Positions 59,837-64,000 of a DNA stretch of 64,000 nucleotides are shown one piece after another. The notes below the pieces were generated by a model. It was not told the DNA's origin. It ran no database searches and was given only the letters and a program-made list of their open reading frames with translations. The stretch is taken from the NCBI RefSeq assembly GCF_018977255.1, contig NW_024704743.1:73844001-73908000 (forward strand), in the 5' to 3' direction. The first letter of the stretch is position 1, and the number at the start of each line of letters is the position of its first letter. Origin of the DNA: Callorhinchus milii. Lineage: Eukaryota. A program made the position numbers and the translations under genes.

Positions 59837-62800
59837 TCACTATTATCTCTATGTAATTCTATGTAACAACCCAAGTTCCAGTGCATATCACTGATAGAAA
59901 TTCTGACCTCATAGAATTCAGAAAGTTTCTTTGCATTTTTTTATAAATGGTTTATAATACATGCATTGGCCAATTTGATTCAGTAGATAGTTATAACATG
60001 GTATATGGAAGGTATAATAGGTTTAGGGAAAGGGAAGCTCCAGTGTGTATCAGGATATTTTAGTGTCAAATGTATATTGGTTTCTAGACTGTTATAGTGC
60101 ACCTTCAGCCAGTGTATTCCTGAAAGCGATCCCAGAATGATTGGTGTTCCTTTTCATTGATGGTTAATTACACAATATTTGGCTACAAACTATACACTGT
60201 TACTGCCCTTTACAATAAATTCTATGAAGTGCTTTAAAATGTGTCCTGATGTGAAAGATGCTGTATCAAATGTAAGGATTATTACTATTAATATTATCAA
60301 CAATTAAGTACACCTGAGTTTGAAAATGGTTAGCCCAAAGTGCATTTTAGACCCCATTCTCTAATTCCTAAAGATAATCAAGCAGACATAGATTATAGTC
60401 GGAAAACGTATAGCAAAGGCCATTAGAATAATGTGTTCTTCAACAAATTTGTTTCCAACAGCTTCCAATAGAGATCGTGTAATTCCCTTGGCCTCATTAC
60501 AGATATTAAATCCATTAGGCTTTACTGAAGTTCCGCTTACTGTCTTCAAATTAGTGCAAAATATCCCCCTTGACTTTGATTTATTGCCTTCACAAATATC
60601 TGCAATTACTCGCGTATGAGCTTTGTTCCTCACTCCATGTGAAGGGAAGTGAAAAGATAGCCATAAATTGTTTCCTAATGGAATCCCATCAAAACAATAT
60701 CCCTAAGGACCAGCTAAAGCATTAAGAAGGATATTAGTTTAAATGGAGTGGACTCCACTTACGGACCTCTCTGATACACAGTGACCTCTCATGTTAGCAC
60801 GCACTTTTTTGTGGTTTCCTTACTAATGTAGAACCAATTTAAATAGCTCATTCAGAAACCTTCCCCCCTTTGCACAACAGTTTATCTTTATTTAGAGGCT
60901 TTTATGTTCGGAGGATGTCTCAAAGTGTTTCACAAAGCAGACTGGGACCCTAAGCTGATCAGAGACGGGGGGAGGGAGCCAATCGGGGGGAGAAGGTAAC
61001 CCAAAGCACAATCAAAAAGTTTGGTTTTAAGGTTAAGTTTTTAAGGGGGAAAGGGTGAGGGCAAGGTGGTGAGACTCCAAGATTGAGTTATAAACTGAAT
61101 GGCTGGTGGAGTAAATCAGGCGGGTAACATAGTCATTATAAAATGCTCTCTGTGTGATTGCAAGAGTTTTTTTCTTATTACAAAAAACATTTTATTTTTA
61201 CATCTCAGAAGCTTTTTGACCTGGTGTGCAGGATTTGACACCAGGAAACCGACTTTAGGCAGAAACATATTGACTACAGGTCTGTCATCACATGAAAGAG
61301 AAAAGTAGGTTCAGGTTTCAGGCATTAACCTACTGAATCTAGTGAAATGGTAGAGACTAAAGAGGACAATAATAATAATAATCATGATAATAATAATTAT
61401 CCTAGCATTTGACATAGCACCTTCAGAGGATATAATGTGAAAACATACAGTAAATTCACCTTACAGTATATACTGTGAAGCTCTTTGAGATGTGTGGAAG
61501 AAGTAATAAGGCACCATATCAAATGCAAGGTTTATTATTATTATAAGTGGTGTAACTGTCTGTATTTTGTGGGTGAGATAAAGAAAAAGGAATGAGAACA
61601 AAGTAAAAACATGATAATATAGAAGACTTGGCAAGTACACAGTCTTCAAAGATGAAATGGATAGATTGAAGTAATCTGTTTCTTTAATGTGTAGACATAT
61701 AGCTGTCGCTCACTTGCTAAAACATATGGCTGACTTTCAGGTTATCAAGTCGCTGATGTAACTTCCTATTTTGCCGCGTGAGAACCAGATGATGTGCAGG
61801 AAGTGAGCCAGCCAGCCGGCTGCTTGGATTAAAACCAGCGTTTGTACCTTGTTACAGCGCGAGTTAGGATTTTATGGAATCCAACCGCCAAGCTATAATG
61901 GGGGCTACAGTGCATCTGATTCAAGAGCAGAATTCACACTTCTGGTTACCGGCAAGAGTAGTTCTTCATCATTCTGGGCCACTGAGGACTGCAGGGGTAT
62001 AAAGTGAAGGCTCATCACCACCTTCTCAGAGCAATCCCTAACACAGCCTGAGAATGAATGATAAATAAAACTTTTGCAAATCCAGCTTCCGAATTGCACA
62101 ATTCCAAGGCCATAATGGAGCGGGGTTGTGGGGGGTGGAGGGGGTAAAGAGAGAATTGTCAGCACTGACAATCTACTGTGTTACACAAATTAGATATTTA
62201 AACCATAACTAACATATATGAGCTGTAGTAGTGCTGAAGCAAGAGGCATAGTTCTTGCTTTGAGGAGTCAATTTTGTAAAACCATTCCAGATTCTAATGT
62301 TTTGATTGAATTTTATCTGCTATTTTAATTGAAAAAAGCAAGATCTGGAAACGTAACATGGAATATTAATAGTGATCTTTATATTTGAGATAGCACTTTA
62401 TCACCTTGTTCCAAATTACTCAAAGTGCTTCACAGGATTTACTGTAGAGTGCAGTGACTGTATATTTTGTAGCTGGATGCAGCAACTAATTGCAGAGAGC
62501 AATGTTTAATGGACAGCTATGAAGTAAATATGTCAGGAATTGTTGGCCAGCACGCTGAGATAAATGGACTATATGAAAGTCCTGATGAGGGGCTTGAATT
62601 TCAAGTTACAACTTTATGGCTCAGAGCCGAGGGTCCTAGGACCTGAGCCAGGCTAACACTTGATCACCGGGGGTGGAGAGGAGGGGGAAAGGAAACACCG
62701 TCCTGAAGGCCGACAAAGGTTGGTGTTTTGCTTTCCAACCTTTTGTCGTATGTTTCCGCTCTATTCCCAGCCGAGAAATGGCAGAAAAGTAAAGTGCAGG

Positions 62801-63537
62801 TTGTGATTATGCCTTCCACAGCAATAGAATACATTTATACAGCGCCATTCACTTCAGGAGGATGGCCCAAGGCACCCACACTGAGAAAAACATAGATGAT
62901 ATGAGTTCAAATTCACGATTCCAGTTTGCAGTTATGCAGCGCTATGGTTTGTGAATGCCACGTTTTCAATTCAAGTGAGGTACACATCAAGATGAGATGA
63001 AATTTACGTGCTGTATCCTGAGCTGCCTTAACATGTGTGCTGCTGGTTAATCACAGAGCAGGATGGGTGGCAGATGTGGAACACTCCGCAGCATGGTGTA
63101 AACCACCCTCCTAGCTGAAGGAGTTTATTTGGAGTCGAGGGATTTTGCTGGACATGAATGTCGTTTTACTGCTTTATATTACGATAGCCAGATATAATAA
63201 TGTTTTAGATTAGATTTGTTCCCCTTATGGCACTCAGCCAGCCAGCACATATTGGAATCCTTTTCCTCACTCTTTGACAAAATAAGAATCAGTGAGCACA
63301 CTACAACACATGCAATGCTCAGCTTAATTGTTCCTTCACCTATCGGACCTGATTCTTGATGCCTAGTTGATGTTTTTTGCCTAAATACCTATTTTAAGCT
63401 TGTTTCTAAGGCCTGATTTACTATCCTAGGCAGATCCTTGGCTTACATGGAACTGTCGTGTAAATACGAAATCTTTAAATATGCATCAAAGCCAAAATCC
63501 AGAGTTTATCATCATAGCTGCTCTCCTGTCATTACAG

Positions 63538-63605
63538 GCTCATATTCTGCTGGACTGTGGAGACGACAACCTGTGCATTCCAATGCTTAAACTTTCAGCC
63601 AGCCC
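63538..63605 (+). CDS. ITGA8: ITGA8 exon (probable exon 19), 68 bp, genu / start of calf-1
   Basis: tacag|GCTCAT...AGCCC|gtaagt; AHILLDCGDDNLCIPMLKLSAS(P), genu motif DCGxDNxC. Confidence 0.96.
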
Positions 63606-64000
63606 GTAAGTTGTAAATCACGTGTATTCAGTGCATTTTCCATAAAGATTGTGCCTTTCCTTTGTGCCTTCAAAACCCTCCTAAAAATGTATGTCTCTGA
63701 CTGTCCTTTGCTCAACATCCTCCATCTCTCACTCCTTTCCTCCATATTTATGAAACTCTTCAAAACGTTCATCCTCTGTGAATAGTGCTATATATGATCA
63801 CAGTGATCAATAGGAAGTCTTTACAGCCTGATAAATGGTATTTTATTGTGGCAGATTTGTAATGATTTTTATAGCCAGTAAGGGTGGATTTCATCACAAT
63901 CTATGGTGTTTATACATGCTAACATCCTGTCAGTTTGGCTAGAAGAAGATAAAGTAAAAATGCAGAAGCTTTAAAGTGACAACCAAACATTCTATGCTCC

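Noticed and set aside
62582..62602. CTGATGAGGGGCTTGAA as a hammerhead core
   Set aside because: No GAAA or paired stems; it overlaps the reversed head of a Deu-type SINE.
1431..63605. Assignment as ITGAV or ITGA5 instead of ITGA8
   Set aside because: Exon layout is shared, but GEFTGDSEQE, AGIPRGAQ, IAIGVPFAG, PSGFGFTLRG and KPILNYY match ITGA8 as recalled; a phylogeny would confirm.
1..64000. Dozens of recurring ~45-bp tail motifs (atcaaatgcaaggattatt...) as a CRISPR-like array
   Set aside because: Irregular spacing, both orientations, divergent copies, eukaryotic context; they are truncated SINE/L2 3' ends.

Overview
Vertebrate genomic DNA, almost certainly a cartilaginous fish (a chimaera/holocephalan is my best guess from the repeat content). 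The whole window lies inside one + strand gene, integrin alpha-8 (ITGA8). I hand-spliced 13 consecutive internal exons (1431-63605; 1294 coding nt, about 431 aa). All have GT-AG boundaries with matching phases and no stops, and they encode the C-terminal beta-propeller blades, the thigh domain and the genu. They match exons 7-19 of the ITGA8/ITGAV layout as I recall it. Introns are packed with CR1 LINEs (one keeps ORF1 with an SGNH esterase), L2 LINEs, a tRNA-Ala-derived SINE with an L2-type tail, older Deu-domain SINEs, a palindromic MITE family, Penelope-type fragments with decayed hammerhead cores, and an unclassified ~0.75 kb repeat. Nearly all ORF-track entries are TE fragments or noise. 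I found no second gene, true tRNA, rRNA or CRISPR array, and no clearly new biological system. The best leads are the unclassified repeat family, the hammerhead remnants, the chimeric SINE, and inverted repeats flanking in-frame-skippable exons. TE boundaries are by eye (about +/-30 bp); exon boundaries are exact.
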